60,953 nucleotides of DNA, from NCBI GenBank assembly GCA_964518475.1, contig CAZFGR010000011.1, positions 1 to 60,953 of the forward strand, given 5' to 3'. The stretch comes from an uncultured Nitrososphaerota archaeon (lineage in GTDB: Archaea > Asgardarchaeota > Njordarchaeia > Njordarchaeales > Njordarchaeaceae). A program made the position numbers and the translations under genes. Position 1 is the first letter of the stretch. Every line of letters begins with the position of its first letter. This document shows positions 1 through 10,010 of the stretch, in pieces. The notes under the pieces were generated by a model that saw only the letters and a list, made by a program, of their open reading frames with translations, ran no database searches and was not told the DNA's origin.

Positions 1-735
1 GATAGGGACTAGTTTTCTTTCACTAATTCTGTTTATTAGCAAGTTTAGCCTCAGGTATTCTACAGCTTTTGGATTTATGTCGATCGCGAAAACTTGTGCG
101 CAACGGGCTGCTAGAGGTATTGAGAAAGGCCCCACACCCGAGAACATATCAATTACCAACTCATTGCCTTTAGAAACTTTGATTACTCGTGCTCTTTCAT
201 TACCCATTCTAGGGTTGAAGAAAACTTTACTCACATCTAATGCGTAGTAAAAACCATTTTCTTTATGAACAGTAAATGTGTCACCAAAACCAGCAATACG
301 CTCCCATTCAGCAACTCTCTCAAGTCCCGCTACTTCTCTTACTTTAAGAAAAACTGCCCTAACCGAGAAATTCTCTCTCAGAATTTCGCCTAAGACCTGC
401 TTTTTTTCATATGATTCCTCTGGAATTTCGTTAATTAGTAGCAGATCCCCTACGATAGACACACTTTTAGGAAATGCCATCCCATGTATTTTTTCTAACT
501 CCTTCAAGCTTCTTGTTTTAATCTTTCTCGGAAAGAACTTGTCCTCTACTTTTTCTATTCTCCCACCCCATCTCTTGATTACTGGTAACAAATCACTAGT
601 TGGTCGATCCTTTAATGGAAAGAATACTTGCTTCTCTAGGAAAACTGGTTTGTAGAGGGGGTGAATTAATCGCTCATTCATTAGAATCTGTTCAGCTGGT
701 CTCAGATTTTCTACTGGGAATACAGCTGATAACAA
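1..735 (-). CDS. trm5: Trm5/Met-10 family tRNA methyltransferase (3' end runs off the window; absent from ORF track)
   Basis: Manual translation from TTG at 735 (GGTG SD upstream) gives ...VHKENGFYYALDVSKVFFNPRMGNERARV...VIDMFSGVGPFSIPLA...VFAIDINPKA, typical Trm5 motifs. Confidence 0.85.
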   Translation of the reverse strand, partial: MLSAVFPVENLRPAEQILMNERLIHPLYKPVFLEKQVFFPLKDRPTSDLLPVIKRWGGRIEKVEDKFFPRKIKTRSLKELEKIHGMAFPKSVSIVGDLLLINEIPEESYEKKQVLGEILRENFSVRAVFLKVREVAGLERVAEWERIAGFGDTFTVHKENGFYYALDVSKVFFNPRMGNERARVIKVSKGNELVIDMFSGVGPFSIPLAARCAQVFAIDINPKAVEYLRLNLLINRISERKLVPI

Positions 736-750
736 TTAAATACACCAGAA

Positions 751-799
751 TCAGAATGGGGTGGCGTCATCACTAATCAGACGGCTCTTCCTACATCAT
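751..799 (-). ncRNA. box C/D guide sRNA
   Basis: Minus strand: ATGATGT-aggaagagccgt-CTGA-tta-GTGATGA-cgccaccccatt-CTGA; two 12-nt guides; D' guide complementary to CGGCUCUUCCU of the LSU rRNA peptidyl-transferase region. Confidence 0.9.
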
Positions 800-860
800 G
801 ATAAGTAACGTTCTTAAGCTTGCTTACTCATGTAAAAAAGTACTTACTTAAGATTAATGA

Positions 861-1451
861 CTAGCTCTGTCTTTTTGAAATTTTCCTTAAATCATCAAGA
901 GATTCTACGAATCCTCTTATTATCAGAACATCGCCTGGTAATATAACAAAGTCATCTTTTGGATCGAAAATCCATTGATCACCGCGTCTTACAGCAATTA
1001 TTTGCACATCAAACTTCTTTTCTATGCCCGTTTGGCTTATTGTCTTATTAGCTAGAATAGATCCTTCCTCAACTTTAAAAACACTAACGAATTCGCCTCC
1101 TTCTTCCGCTACTTTAGCTAGTATGTAATGTGATTCTAAGCCACGCATGATGTTTTCGGCTATCCGCGCAGCGGAGTCCGCTATCTCCTCTAAAGATTTT
1201 CCAAACCTCAATAAACCAATTATTTGCAACTTATCAGAGTTCGTCTCGCGAAGTATTAGAGATAATACCGCATCCTCGTACTGCAAAAGAAGCCAATCGA
1301 TATACTCTTCCATTCTTAAAACTTCTTCTGCTATCTCCTTATCATTTAACATCACTGCTGAATATGCCAGATCGATCATCAACTCGACCTTGTTTTTGAG
1401 TTCAATGATCATTTTCTGAATAGTTTCTTCTATCTTAATTACTTCTCCCAC
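861..1451 (-). CDS. PhoU-like + TrkA-C (RCK_C) domain protein
   Basis: LMIDLAYSA...LEEIADSA PhoU-like helices; IIAVRRGDQWIFDP...GDVLIIRG RCK_C. Confidence 0.85.
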   Translation of the reverse strand: MGEVIKIEETIQKMIIELKNKVELMIDLAYSAVMLNDKEIAEEVLRMEEYIDWLLLQYEDAVLSLILRETNSDKLQIIGLLRFGKSLEEIADSAARIAENIMRGLESHYILAKVAEEGGEFVSVFKVEEGSILANKTISQTGIEKKFDVQIIAVRRGDQWIFDPKDDFVILPGDVLIIRGFVESLDDLRKISKRQS

Positions 1452-2040
1452 TTTTACACACCTCTGCGAAACTACTTAGAGCTTCTCTATTCCCCCGACA
1501 TACTATCACGTCTTCAGGGTTGAGTTTGAAATTCATGGGTGGATTTAAAATCCAGACCTGAGCTCTCTTAATTGCTATGATATCGACGTAAAAGCCAAGT
1601 TTCTCAAGTTCTTCTATTTTCTTGCCGATCAGTGGCGATCGCTTATCTATTCTATAGGATTTCACGACCTCCTCGGTTTCCTCTAGGGCTTTTTTAAGAA
1701 CTAAGTGGGGCTCTATATTTAGTTTAGTTAACTGGGCTATATCGGCAGCAGCATTGGCTATCGCATTTAGAGCTGTTCCCATATTTATTATAACAGTACC
1801 AGCTTCTGCATCGTCCTTGTCTCTCACGGCTAGTGTCGTATTCATTATTAGGAAGTAATTTAAGGTACTTACCTCCTCCTCTATTTTTAGAACAAGATCA
1901 GTTAAGGTTTTATCCATCGTTAAAAAGGCGAAGTAGGCTAAATCTAGCATTAAAGAAGCAAGATCCTTCATTTGTCTTAGGATAGATCTGGCAGGTAAGG
2001 CTTTGTACTCTATCTCTCGCATTCTCAATTTTAAACACAC
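1435..2040 (-). CDS. PhoU-like + TrkA-C domain protein (tandem paralogue)
   Basis: MKDLASLMLDLAY..., IIAIKRAQVWILNP...DVIVCRG; same architecture as neighbour. Confidence 0.85.
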   Translation of the reverse strand: MCLKLRMREIEYKALPARSILRQMKDLASLMLDLAYFAFLTMDKTLTDLVLKIEEEVSTLNYFLIMNTTLAVRDKDDAEAGTVIINMGTALNAIANAAADIAQLTKLNIEPHLVLKKALEETEEVVKSYRIDKRSPLIGKKIEELEKLGFYVDIIAIKRAQVWILNPPMNFKLNPEDVIVCRGNREALSSFAEVCKSGRSN

Positions 2041-2067
2041 CTCATTTTGATACCAAAGAAAAAAACG

Positions 2068-2394
2068 CTATCTTAGCTTCTCTTTAACAGATTTCACCTT
2101 ATCTTCTGCTCTTCTATCTAATTTGTCTAGGCGATCATCAATATTTATTCTTAAAACAATTCTTTTTACGCCAGTCTTTACAATTGCTTCGTGAGCTATT
2201 TTTATTGCTTCAAATATCTCATCTAAGGAATCTCCTTCAATAATCGTACACATGGGTGTTAAATGGTATTTTACACCAGCTTCTTGAAGAGCTCTTAGGA
2301 CCTCTGCAACATATTTAGACAGACTCGTACTTTGTGTGCCGACTGGGACAAGAGAAAACTCTGCGATTATTCGTGCCACCGTAATCACCTCCAA
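2068..2394 (-). CDS. MTH1187/YkoF thiamine-binding family protein
   Basis: AEFSLVPVGT..SLSKYVA...YHLTPMCTIIEG...IDDRLDK...KVKSV. Confidence 0.9.
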   Translation of the reverse strand: MEVITVARIIAEFSLVPVGTQSTSLSKYVAEVLRALQEAGVKYHLTPMCTIIEGDSLDEIFEAIKIAHEAIVKTGVKRIVLRINIDDRLDKLDRRAEDKVKSVKEKLR

Positions 2395-3422
2395 ACACTA
2401 TTTATAGTTACCTCACCGTTTTTAACTACGATGCATGGGAATCTAGGAGTAGTATGATATATGGACCACCCTCCCTCATCATCCACTAGAATGATTCCAG
2501 CTCTTACTTGATGCTTCTTCATAGATTCCTCAAACGCTCTCCGTCCAGCCTCGCTTGCCCCTAGACGTGCTGCCATACTAACCGCGGTTTTAGCCAACAT
2601 AGCTCTTATGATGTCCTCGCCCACTCCCGTTGCCGAACAAGCACCATGTTCATTAGCGTATGTTCCAGCTCCGGGGAGCGGAGTATCTCCCACTCTACCA
2701 GGTAGCTTTAATAGTAGTCCTCCAGTAGATGTACCAGCTACTAAGTAATCTCCATCAAATGCTACAGCCCCTACTGTATCGCCATAGCTCATCTTTTTTC
2801 TCAAGGCCTCAATATACGCCTTATTGGAACGTAGAAAGTTTACAATTTTTGGATAGTAATTAAGGATTCTTCGTACTAAGTCACCTTCTTCTATCTCCTC
2901 TCCAGCAATGATTTTCAACAAGACAGTTACGCTCTCTCTCCAGAGCTTTCTAGTCCGTTCTACAATCAATTCTTCTTCAGGAGTATATAATCCCTTAATC
3001 TTAGCCAGGAACTCCGCACCTTCCCCCACTAGCATGAAATGATCTGTTTCTGTCATAACTATTTTAGCCAAGGAGATCGCGTATAGGACATTTCTTACCC
3101 CTGCTACGAATCCTCCTTCACCGGAACTAACCATAAGACCAGCGTCGAGTTCTATCTGACCTAGTAGGTTTGGCACTGCTCCGCGCCCAGCGTTAAAAAT
3201 TGGTGATTCCTCTAATCGGTTCACTGCATATTCTACAGCTGCTAAAGCTCCTTCCTTCTCAAGAACCTTATAGCTTTTCTCTCCGAGCTCTCTTAGAAAT
3301 TTCAATGCTTCTTTTAAGCGTTCATCAGCCCAGTAACCAGCTCCACCATGAATGACTATTACCCTATTCATACAAATCTCCTCGCATTTTGGATAGAAAT
3401 AGTCAGAGTTTGGGGTATGCAT
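2385..3422 (-). CDS. isoaspartyl peptidase / plant-type L-asparaginase (real start probably MNRVIVIHGG)
   Basis: IHGGAG, FNAGRG, GDTVGAVA (Thr nucleophile), TSTGG, GRVGDTP, SATGVGE. Confidence 0.92.
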   Translation of the reverse strand: MHTPNSDYFYPKCEEICMNRVIVIHGGAGYWADERLKEALKFLRELGEKSYKVLEKEGALAAVEYAVNRLEESPIFNAGRGAVPNLLGQIELDAGLMVSSGEGGFVAGVRNVLYAISLAKIVMTETDHFMLVGEGAEFLAKIKGLYTPEEELIVERTRKLWRESVTVLLKIIAGEEIEEGDLVRRILNYYPKIVNFLRSNKAYIEALRKKMSYGDTVGAVAFDGDYLVAGTSTGGLLLKLPGRVGDTPLPGAGTYANEHGACSATGVGEDIIRAMLAKTAVSMAARLGASEAGRRAFEESMKKHQVRAGIILVDDEGGWSIYHTTPRFPCIVVKNGEVTINSVWR

Positions 3423-3466
3423 ATTTTCAATTTCTTCATTACGTATAAGTCATGCTCTCAACACAC

Positions 3467-4114
3467 TTAGCTTATTTTCTCGTAGAGGAAAAAGTCTGTA
3501 TAGATTATTACTTGGTTTTTTCGATGCTTCTCGCTCTTCGCTTTTAAGGGAAAGCTAAATGTGTCTAATAGATATGCTCTAAATCCATATTCTTTGGCCG
3601 TTTTGTGTAGGAATCTTCGAGATTTTTCGGATGAGTGATGAAGGCTATAAACCTTATCAGCTATCTCAAAAGCTTTTTTCAAGAAGATTAAATCTGCATG
3701 TCTTGTACCCCTCTCTAAACCGAAAGGAGGATTCATAATCACTGTATCAACACGTTCAGAGAAATCTTTAACATCTATGCATAGAAAAACAACCTCTACG
3801 TGATCAAAGAATTGCTTAGTTATTTCCAGATTCTCTAGAGCTATCTTATGAGCTTCCGGATCCTTCTCGATCCCAATAACCTTTTTTGCTCCTAAAAGAG
3901 CGGCCCCGATAGATAAGATTCCCGTACCCGATCCTAAGTCTGCTACTACTTTATCATAAATATCTCCATTACTATAAGCTGTGAAAAGAATAATAGATGC
4001 TATTTCCGGAGGCGTTGACCACTGCTCAAGTTCCTCTTTAGGATTTCTGAAATCTCTTAACTGTGATAAGAAAATCTCGAGATCCTTCTTTTTAAGCAAA
4101 ATGTCTCCTCCCAA
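3467..4114 (-). CDS. METTL5-family rRNA N6-adenine methyltransferase
   Basis: LEQWSTP, DLGSGTGILSIGA, IMNPPFG, VYSLH. Confidence 0.88.
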   Translation of the reverse strand: MGGDILLKKKDLEIFLSQLRDFRNPKEELEQWSTPPEIASIILFTAYSNGDIYDKVVADLGSGTGILSIGAALLGAKKVIGIEKDPEAHKIALENLEITKQFFDHVEVVFLCIDVKDFSERVDTVIMNPPFGLERGTRHADLIFLKKAFEIADKVYSLHHSSEKSRRFLHKTAKEYGFRAYLLDTFSFPLKAKSEKHRKNQVIIYTDFFLYEKIS

Positions 4115-4253
4115 AATTCATTAAAAATCTAATAATGTAATGTTAGAGTTATCGCTGAATAAGCGTAATTAAGAGACTACCATTTATTTTCAGATCTTAG
4201 ATCCACTTTAATTTAAGTTAAGCTAATTAGGTAATATGGGAAGCTTCGCCTAG

Positions 4254-4955
4254 GTGGATTTCTTGAATATTGAACTCTATGGATTGAACGATCTTGTAAG
4301 ATTGGTAGTTAATCTTCGGGATTCAATGAATTTGGATACCTTCCTTCCCATATATTTTCTCAGGAAAAATAATGAATGTGTTTTCTACGTTGAAATAAAT
4401 CCCTGCTATAGTCTGTATAGTGTACGATTTTTTACCAGGAGTAAGAAAGAGCCGCCTAAGAGATATATTGAATATCGTTTGGGGAGGAAAGAAGCTATTA
4501 GATATGTGAATTATGATGAAAGAAAAAATCCTAAAGCACACTACATTGGGATCTATGAAGTATTAGCAGAAAAAAATATTGGACTAACGCATAGCGATTA
4601 TATTACTGGAGATGAGAGTGTTGTTTTTGAATGGATAGAGCTCGAAGGATTCGAAGAAGTAATACGCATCGCTACCGATTTTCTTTTAGCAATATTTATT
4701 CTGAAAAGAGGAGATGAGTTCTTGTATTTTGTAGGTTTTCCTCATCCTTACTTTACAGTATGTTTAGATGATAAAATGCTAGGATTTTTTCTATATGCTT
4801 TTGGTCCTAAGCCAGTGCTTAGAGATAGACTTGCGAGATATGCTAGTTATGACTACCAAAACAGTACTGTTATGTTTTTTCACGGACGAGACGAGTGGAC
4901 TAAGGCTGCTCCATTAGTTAAGGTATTAAATATACCCGGCATAGAAAACATTTAA
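4254..4955 (+). CDS. hypothetical protein built of two tandem homologous domains
   Basis: IELYGLNDLVRL..IYFLRKNNECVFYV vs IELEGFEEVIRI..IFILKRGDEFLYFV. Confidence 0.7.
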   Translation: MDFLNIELYGLNDLVRLVVNLRDSMNLDTFLPIYFLRKNNECVFYVEINPCYSLYSVRFFTRSKKEPPKRYIEYRLGRKEAIRYVNYDERKNPKAHYIGIYEVLAEKNIGLTHSDYITGDESVVFEWIELEGFEEVIRIATDFLLAIFILKRGDEFLYFVGFPHPYFTVCLDDKMLGFFLYAFGPKPVLRDRLARYASYDYQNSTVMFFHGRDEWTKAAPLVKVLNIPGIENI

Positions 4956-5020
4956 AAAGAAGTGGAAGTGTATGCTTTGAGTTTTCTTAAGGGAGCAAAG
5001 AGTAAGTAAGCAAGGAGTTA

Positions 5021-7006
5021 ATGATGAAGTTGTTAGGGATTATACCCAAAGACCTTAGAGACTTGAAAATACTAAGCGCTGATAAAGCATTAGTGGCGTT
5101 TGATGATGCTGTATATGAAATGACTTTTCTCCCACGAATAAAAATAAAAGAGTGTGGTCGATGGACTGGTGCTACGGCTTACTCAGTTGGAGCTATTGAT
5201 GAAAAGAAACTCTTAGGCACATCTATAGGGATCATAATCTTTGGGGATAAGGCATCCCCATTATATTCTGGAGGAAAAAGCTTGATTTTTCACGGAAATT
5301 TCTCACCTAAACACAAAATAGCTGTTTTTGTCCAATCTCCAGAGAAAATTGAGAGAATAATTGATGTTTATCTCTTGTCTAGTGAGGATTTGTTAAAGAG
5401 CAGGAGATTGTCCAGAGAAAAAGGCCACGAAATAACCTTCTTTGGCACTAATGTCGGTCCTGTAGAAAACTTCCGATTCGAGCTAATTAAGGGATTAATT
5501 CTAATAAAGGACATTGACGGTGATGGCTTTGATGAGCTAATAATTATAACTCCAGAGGAAATAACTCCTAGACTCCAGATATTGGATTATGATGTAGAGA
5601 ATAACCTGATAAAGTCTCAGGTAATATCTCTGCCAGATTTCCTAAGAGAACCCTTACAATTAGCGGCGGAGGATATCGATGGAGACGGGGCTGAAGAAAT
5701 ATTTATTCTGAGTAGAAGCACGCCTACCAAATACTTCATTATTGTTTTGAAACTATACCCGACAGATACTGGTAGTTACAATGCAAGAACCTATGTTATT
5801 TCTCAAATCAATATTAATGAGCTATTCGGAGAAGTTTCTGATGATGGATTTTTGCAAGTTAAGTTATGCTCAGAACCCCTTCCTCACTTCTTATTATTCT
5901 GGATAGAACCTCCCGACTACAACGAGTATCTTGCTAAGATCCGCATCGCTAAGCTTATGATAGATAGCAATGTGTCTGTGTGTAAGGGAGAATTAAGGCA
6001 TTTCCCACCTAAACAATTAATTTTTCATGGAAAGGAACTCCCCGAAAACGAAATTGTATTCATTTCTGACTTCGGCATTAGTAGATGGAAAATCTTAGAA
6101 AGCGATTCGGGACAATCACGAACTAGTGAATTGGGAAACTTCTATACTCTCACCCGCATCGATTATATTCGGAAAATAGGTCAAAAAGTCCTAATCGGGG
6201 GCTGTATACTTGAAGAACCCATAAAGCTGTCCACTATACATCTTTATGACCCATCTACCAAAGAATACGAATCCCTGGGTATTATTGAGGGAAAAATAAA
6301 ACAAGTCGAATATAGGAATGATAAGCTGCTTATTCTGACCGATTTAGGACTGTATAAGTGCGATCTATTAAATAATGTTATGGAAAGGATGATCTCTCAA
6401 GAGAATTTAGTCGGTTTAATTGTAGATAAAGACACTATATTAGTAGCTGGGAAGAAAAAAGTCGTTGAATACTTAGCTGAGAATGAACATAAGTGGAACG
6501 TGCGTGAAATAATGCGTTGCAAAAGCGATGAGGAAATAGTAGAATTTAAGAAAATAGGTAATAAAGTTGTGCTGGGAATCATTAATAATAAGGAACTAAT
6601 GATTAAATCACTTAACGGGGAAATTCTGTGGCGAGTAAAAATAGATCCTCAGGAGATTAGGTTCGTAAGATTTTTCACTATAAAGGACGCTGAAATCCTC
6701 ATTACTCGTAACAAAATACTGTTACGCTTTAATGGTAAAGAGGAAAGAACAGTATCACTAAACATATCTGAGGAGCTAACGGCTGCAGAGATAATTAGAA
6801 GTAATGGCCAAGAAGCTCTAATCGTTAAAGCTGACAATATTGTTTACCTTATCACTCCACAAGAAGACTCCATACAATCCTCAATCATAATGTCTAATGT
6901 AGTAGCTTTTAGCGCTGAGAAAGAAACATTGCTCGTGGCATTAACTGATAGAAAAATAGTGAAATACAACGTATCAGAGGTGTTCCAACTTGCAGAAAGT
7001 GGCTGA
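5021..7006 (+). CDS. beta-propeller protein with FG-GAP-like Ca-binding motifs, no signal peptide
   Basis: DIDGDGFDELII and DIDGDGAEEIFI; beta-strand-rich repeats throughout. Confidence 0.7.
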   Translation: MMKLLGIIPKDLRDLKILSADKALVAFDDAVYEMTFLPRIKIKECGRWTGATAYSVGAIDEKKLLGTSIGIIIFGDKASPLYSGGKSLIFHGNFSPKHKIAVFVQSPEKIERIIDVYLLSSEDLLKSRRLSREKGHEITFFGTNVGPVENFRFELIKGLILIKDIDGDGFDELIIITPEEITPRLQILDYDVENNLIKSQVISLPDFLREPLQLAAEDIDGDGAEEIFILSRSTPTKYFIIVLKLYPTDTGSYNARTYVISQININELFGEVSDDGFLQVKLCSEPLPHFLLFWIEPPDYNEYLAKIRIAKLMIDSNVSVCKGELRHFPPKQLIFHGKELPENEIVFISDFGISRWKILESDSGQSRTSELGNFYTLTRIDYIRKIGQKVLIGGCILEEPIKLSTIHLYDPSTKEYESLGIIEGKIKQVEYRNDKLLILTDLGLYKCDLLNNVMERMISQENLVGLIVDKDTILVAGKKKVVEYLAENEHKWNVREIMRCKSDEEIVEFKKIGNKVVLGIINNKELMIKSLNGEILWRVKIDPQEIRFVRFFTIKDAEILITRNKILLRFNGKEERTVSLNISEELTAAEIIRSNGQEALIVKADNIVYLITPQEDSIQSSIIMSNVVAFSAEKETLLVALTDRKIVKYNVSEVFQLAESG

Positions 7007-8507
7007 AAGAATTGTGTCTTATCTCCTAACGGTTATTGAGAGCTGGATACTTGGGACGAGTGATGATCTTATCGGTGGTATTCTTAGTTTAACATTTGAT
7101 GATAACTCGTTCATAAAGTACTTTATTAGGATTAAGAGAGAAACGAGAAAAACAGGAGAAACCGTCATAGGTACTTTGATAATAAACATTTCATATAAGA
7201 TAGGTTTCAAAAAGAATGGTGGGGAAGTCCTAAAGGAGGGGAAATTTGAGCGTATAATCATTAATCTTCAGGCATACATAAGATCTATGCGCATTCTCGA
7301 ATATATCAGCCTAATTAGAATCTTGGGAATGAAACCTATTACAACAGAACACGATCTGATGATTCCGATTCAATTCATAGATGATCTCGAAAAAAGATTA
7401 GTCTACGTTCAAAGAGTTGTTAAAGATGATCTTTCTAAGACTCTTTCTGAAGTCTTCTCGGGAAAAAGTATTAATGAAGTCAGAATTAAGGAAGTAGATC
7501 TTAAAGTTACAACCAAGAAAACAACGAGTGATGCTGTGGATATTTTCTTTAGATTGATAAAGTACTTGTTACAGCAGTACATAGATATTTCACAGTTAAG
7601 ACACGTTGAAAGAGAACTGCATAGAAAGTATGGCACAGATGAAACATTCATAAATAGCGTGTTTAGTGCAAAATGGCGGGAGGGACTCGCTCGGACCATA
7701 AATTTATTGGCCCGTTATTTTGAAATACTCGAAATGAGCAAACGATTATCTCCAGTAGTCTTTGTGAGCGCTTTAGCGAAAAACCTAGGAGCACAGGCGG
7801 CTAAGAAAATGTTTCAAAGATTCTGGCATCTATTAGATGGTTTCTCTACGGATGAGAGAGTTAATAAAATGAAGGAAAACATCAGAAGCCTTCTCCAACA
7901 AACTACTCTCTTTGGAGCAATACTAGAGGATTATGAAAAGATTGAGTCCTTAGAAAATCCCTGCTATGAGAAATTTGAGAAGATGATTACTCATGGATTA
8001 AAATCAGTGTTAGACAATATTAAGGAGCTCAAAGAGGCTCTTAATAAAAATATTTCATCACGGGAAGAATTTCTAGTGTTAATTCGTGAGATATTCCGAA
8101 AAAAAGATATTTCGGAAGATGATAAGGTAGCGTTGATAATTTTACTAACAGCAATGTTTGATTATTCATTAATTACTAGGATCCTAAAGAACTTAAGGAG
8201 CGATATCGTTTGTAATCGCTGTCTTGGTTATAGAATAGTAAATGCGTTGCTATTGACTAGTAGTAAGGCATCTTCGAAATTGCTTGATGAGCTAGATGAT
8301 ATAATTTATCTACTCATATATTCGAAGGAACTAAAGGAAGATACGTATAGGATAATCCTCGCTATTGCTTATCTACTAAAATCCATTCTTTTAAAGAAAA
8401 TAGGTGACATATCAAGAGCTGAGAAGACTTGGGAAACAACAATGAAATTAGCTGATATGTTGCATGTCCCGAGAGATATTCTTCTAAAAATCTCTAGGGC
8501 AGTATAA
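6990..8507 (+). CDS. hypothetical, largely alpha-helical protein with TPR-like C-terminus
   Basis: 505-aa ORF overlapping upstream gene, GAGGTG SD; AYLLKSILLKKIGDISRAEKTWE TPR-like. Confidence 0.7.
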   Translation: MQKVAERIVSYLLTVIESWILGTSDDLIGGILSLTFDDNSFIKYFIRIKRETRKTGETVIGTLIINISYKIGFKKNGGEVLKEGKFERIIINLQAYIRSMRILEYISLIRILGMKPITTEHDLMIPIQFIDDLEKRLVYVQRVVKDDLSKTLSEVFSGKSINEVRIKEVDLKVTTKKTTSDAVDIFFRLIKYLLQQYIDISQLRHVERELHRKYGTDETFINSVFSAKWREGLARTINLLARYFEILEMSKRLSPVVFVSALAKNLGAQAAKKMFQRFWHLLDGFSTDERVNKMKENIRSLLQQTTLFGAILEDYEKIESLENPCYEKFEKMITHGLKSVLDNIKELKEALNKNISSREEFLVLIREIFRKKDISEDDKVALIILLTAMFDYSLITRILKNLRSDIVCNRCLGYRIVNALLLTSSKASSKLLDELDDIIYLLIYSKELKEDTYRIILAIAYLLKSILLKKIGDISRAEKTWETTMKLADMLHVPRDILLKISRAV

Positions 8508-8530
8508 TATTAGGTAAAGAGTGACTCATT

Positions 8531-9067
8531 ATGGTTACTAGTGAGATAAAGTGGTTATACATAGGAACACTGGCCCAGAGATTCCTAAAAACAATCACTG
8601 AAATACTGACGGATCTCTCCGAAAGATTCCCGCTAAGCGAATCAGCTATCCAGATTATTAAAAGTATGGAGGAAAAAGCAAGGATGGGGAATATACCAGA
8701 CCCTGATTCGCTTGAAAATATTGCTAAGAAAGAGAAAGATTCTAGTATTTTTCTCCTTGCTGGTCTAGTGCATAGAGAATTCGGACGTTTCTTGGCAGCG
8801 AATATTTTAGATAGAGGAGCGTTTGTTGAAGAAACTTTTGGAGCCTACATAAAGGCGATAGGTATCTTGTTAGGCTTACTAATATTGAAAAAAGATAAAT
8901 GGCTTGAAAATGAGCTACTGAGAAGTTTAATGGAGATAAAATACGTAGTTAATGAATCAAAAGTTATTATAAAACAGGAATACATGATATTGTTGAAAGG
9001 AATAGAAACAATGGTGCTCTCTGTGTTGAAAGTTCTTGGAATGGGAGTTGGCAATCATGAGGATTAA
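8531..9067 (+). CDS. hypothetical alpha-helical protein
   Basis: 178-aa ORF in operon. Confidence 0.7.
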   Translation: MVTSEIKWLYIGTLAQRFLKTITEILTDLSERFPLSESAIQIIKSMEEKARMGNIPDPDSLENIAKKEKDSSIFLLAGLVHREFGRFLAANILDRGAFVEETFGAYIKAIGILLGLLILKKDKWLENELLRSLMEIKYVVNESKVIIKQEYMILLKGIETMVLSVLKVLGMGVGNHED

Positions 9068-10010
9068 TTCCTCTATAAGAAAAGTCTTAGGACTGTACAT
9101 TTTAGATAGGAAAATACTGTATGAGAGAAGAGTCTCTAGACTTTTGGTAGCAACAATCTTTCTTGTTCCATTCGTCTTAGCTGAATTCTCCCTTTTAGCA
9201 ATACTGCTTACAGTAGGTACATATTTTCGCTTCTACATATTTCTCGGTTTTAAAATTGCTTCAATAACGGTAAGTTCTCCTACTTTAGCAATACTTTTGA
9301 ACACTATTCTCTACGGAATTTTTTTGATTATATCTGTAGCATTTATAGTAAAGGGTAAGGGATTGGTATATGAGCTTAGTAGCCGTAATTATAGTTGGGA
9401 GCCCTTGAGCGTTACAGAGAGCTTTTTCCTGGCCTTTTTTCTTAGCATAGCGCTTGTCTTCATTTTCCCGTCTCTTCCTCGTACAGCCCCAGGAGAAACA
9501 ACCATAATAATGGTTTATAACGCTATCTTTCTAGCACCCTTAAGCGAAGAAATTAGTTATCGTTTCATAATCCTATTACTGCCGGTCATTATAAAGGATT
9601 TCATCCTCTATAGGGGCGAAAATCCTAAGCAGATAATTGATATTCTCATTGATGGAAAGGAGGATATAGATATACTAGATTGGATATTGATTGGCATCAG
9701 TGGAGGAATTTTTGGCGTAGCTCACTATGTATTCGGTTGGTCATTTAATAAAATTTTCCAAGCTACTCTTCTTGGGATATTCTTGGGATACATAGCTGTG
9801 AAGCGGGGGCTTGTGGCTTCAATAATTTTTCATTTCGTATGGAATAGCCTTTCTATTCTCGCAATCATTCCGCTATTTTTCGACTTACCAAGTATAGCGA
9901 AATATCTCATCTCAACAATAGCCACTATTTGGATTATTATTAGTATAATAACGGGTATAGTAGTCCTCGTGATATTTGTGCTAAGAATTATGGGTTATAA
10001 GACGATTTGA
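9036..10010 (+). CDS. CPBP/Abi (CAAX prenyl protease 2-like) intramembrane metalloprotease
   Basis: APLSEEISYR, FGVAH, SIIFHFVWN motifs; multiple TM segments. Confidence 0.9.
   Translation: MEWELAIMRINSSIRKVLGLYILDRKILYERRVSRLLVATIFLVPFVLAEFSLLAILLTVGTYFRFYIFLGFKIASITVSSPTLAILLNTILYGIFLIISVAFIVKGKGLVYELSSRNYSWEPLSVTESFFLAFFLSIALVFIFPSLPRTAPGETTIIMVYNAIFLAPLSEEISYRFIILLLPVIIKDFILYRGENPKQIIDILIDGKEDIDILDWILIGISGGIFGVAHYVFGWSFNKIFQATLLGIFLGYIAVKRGLVASIIFHFVWNSLSILAIIPLFFDLPSIAKYLISTIATIWIIISIITGIVVLVIFVLRIMGYKTI

Noticed and set aside
278-655. 125-aa plus-strand ORF and the many other short antisense ORFs in the track
   Set aside because: Shadow frames opposite well-supported genes (here trm5); no motifs
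3403-3439. Minus-strand ATGAAGA...CTGA upstream of the asparaginase gene
   Set aside because: Too short and lacks convincing D'/C' boxes
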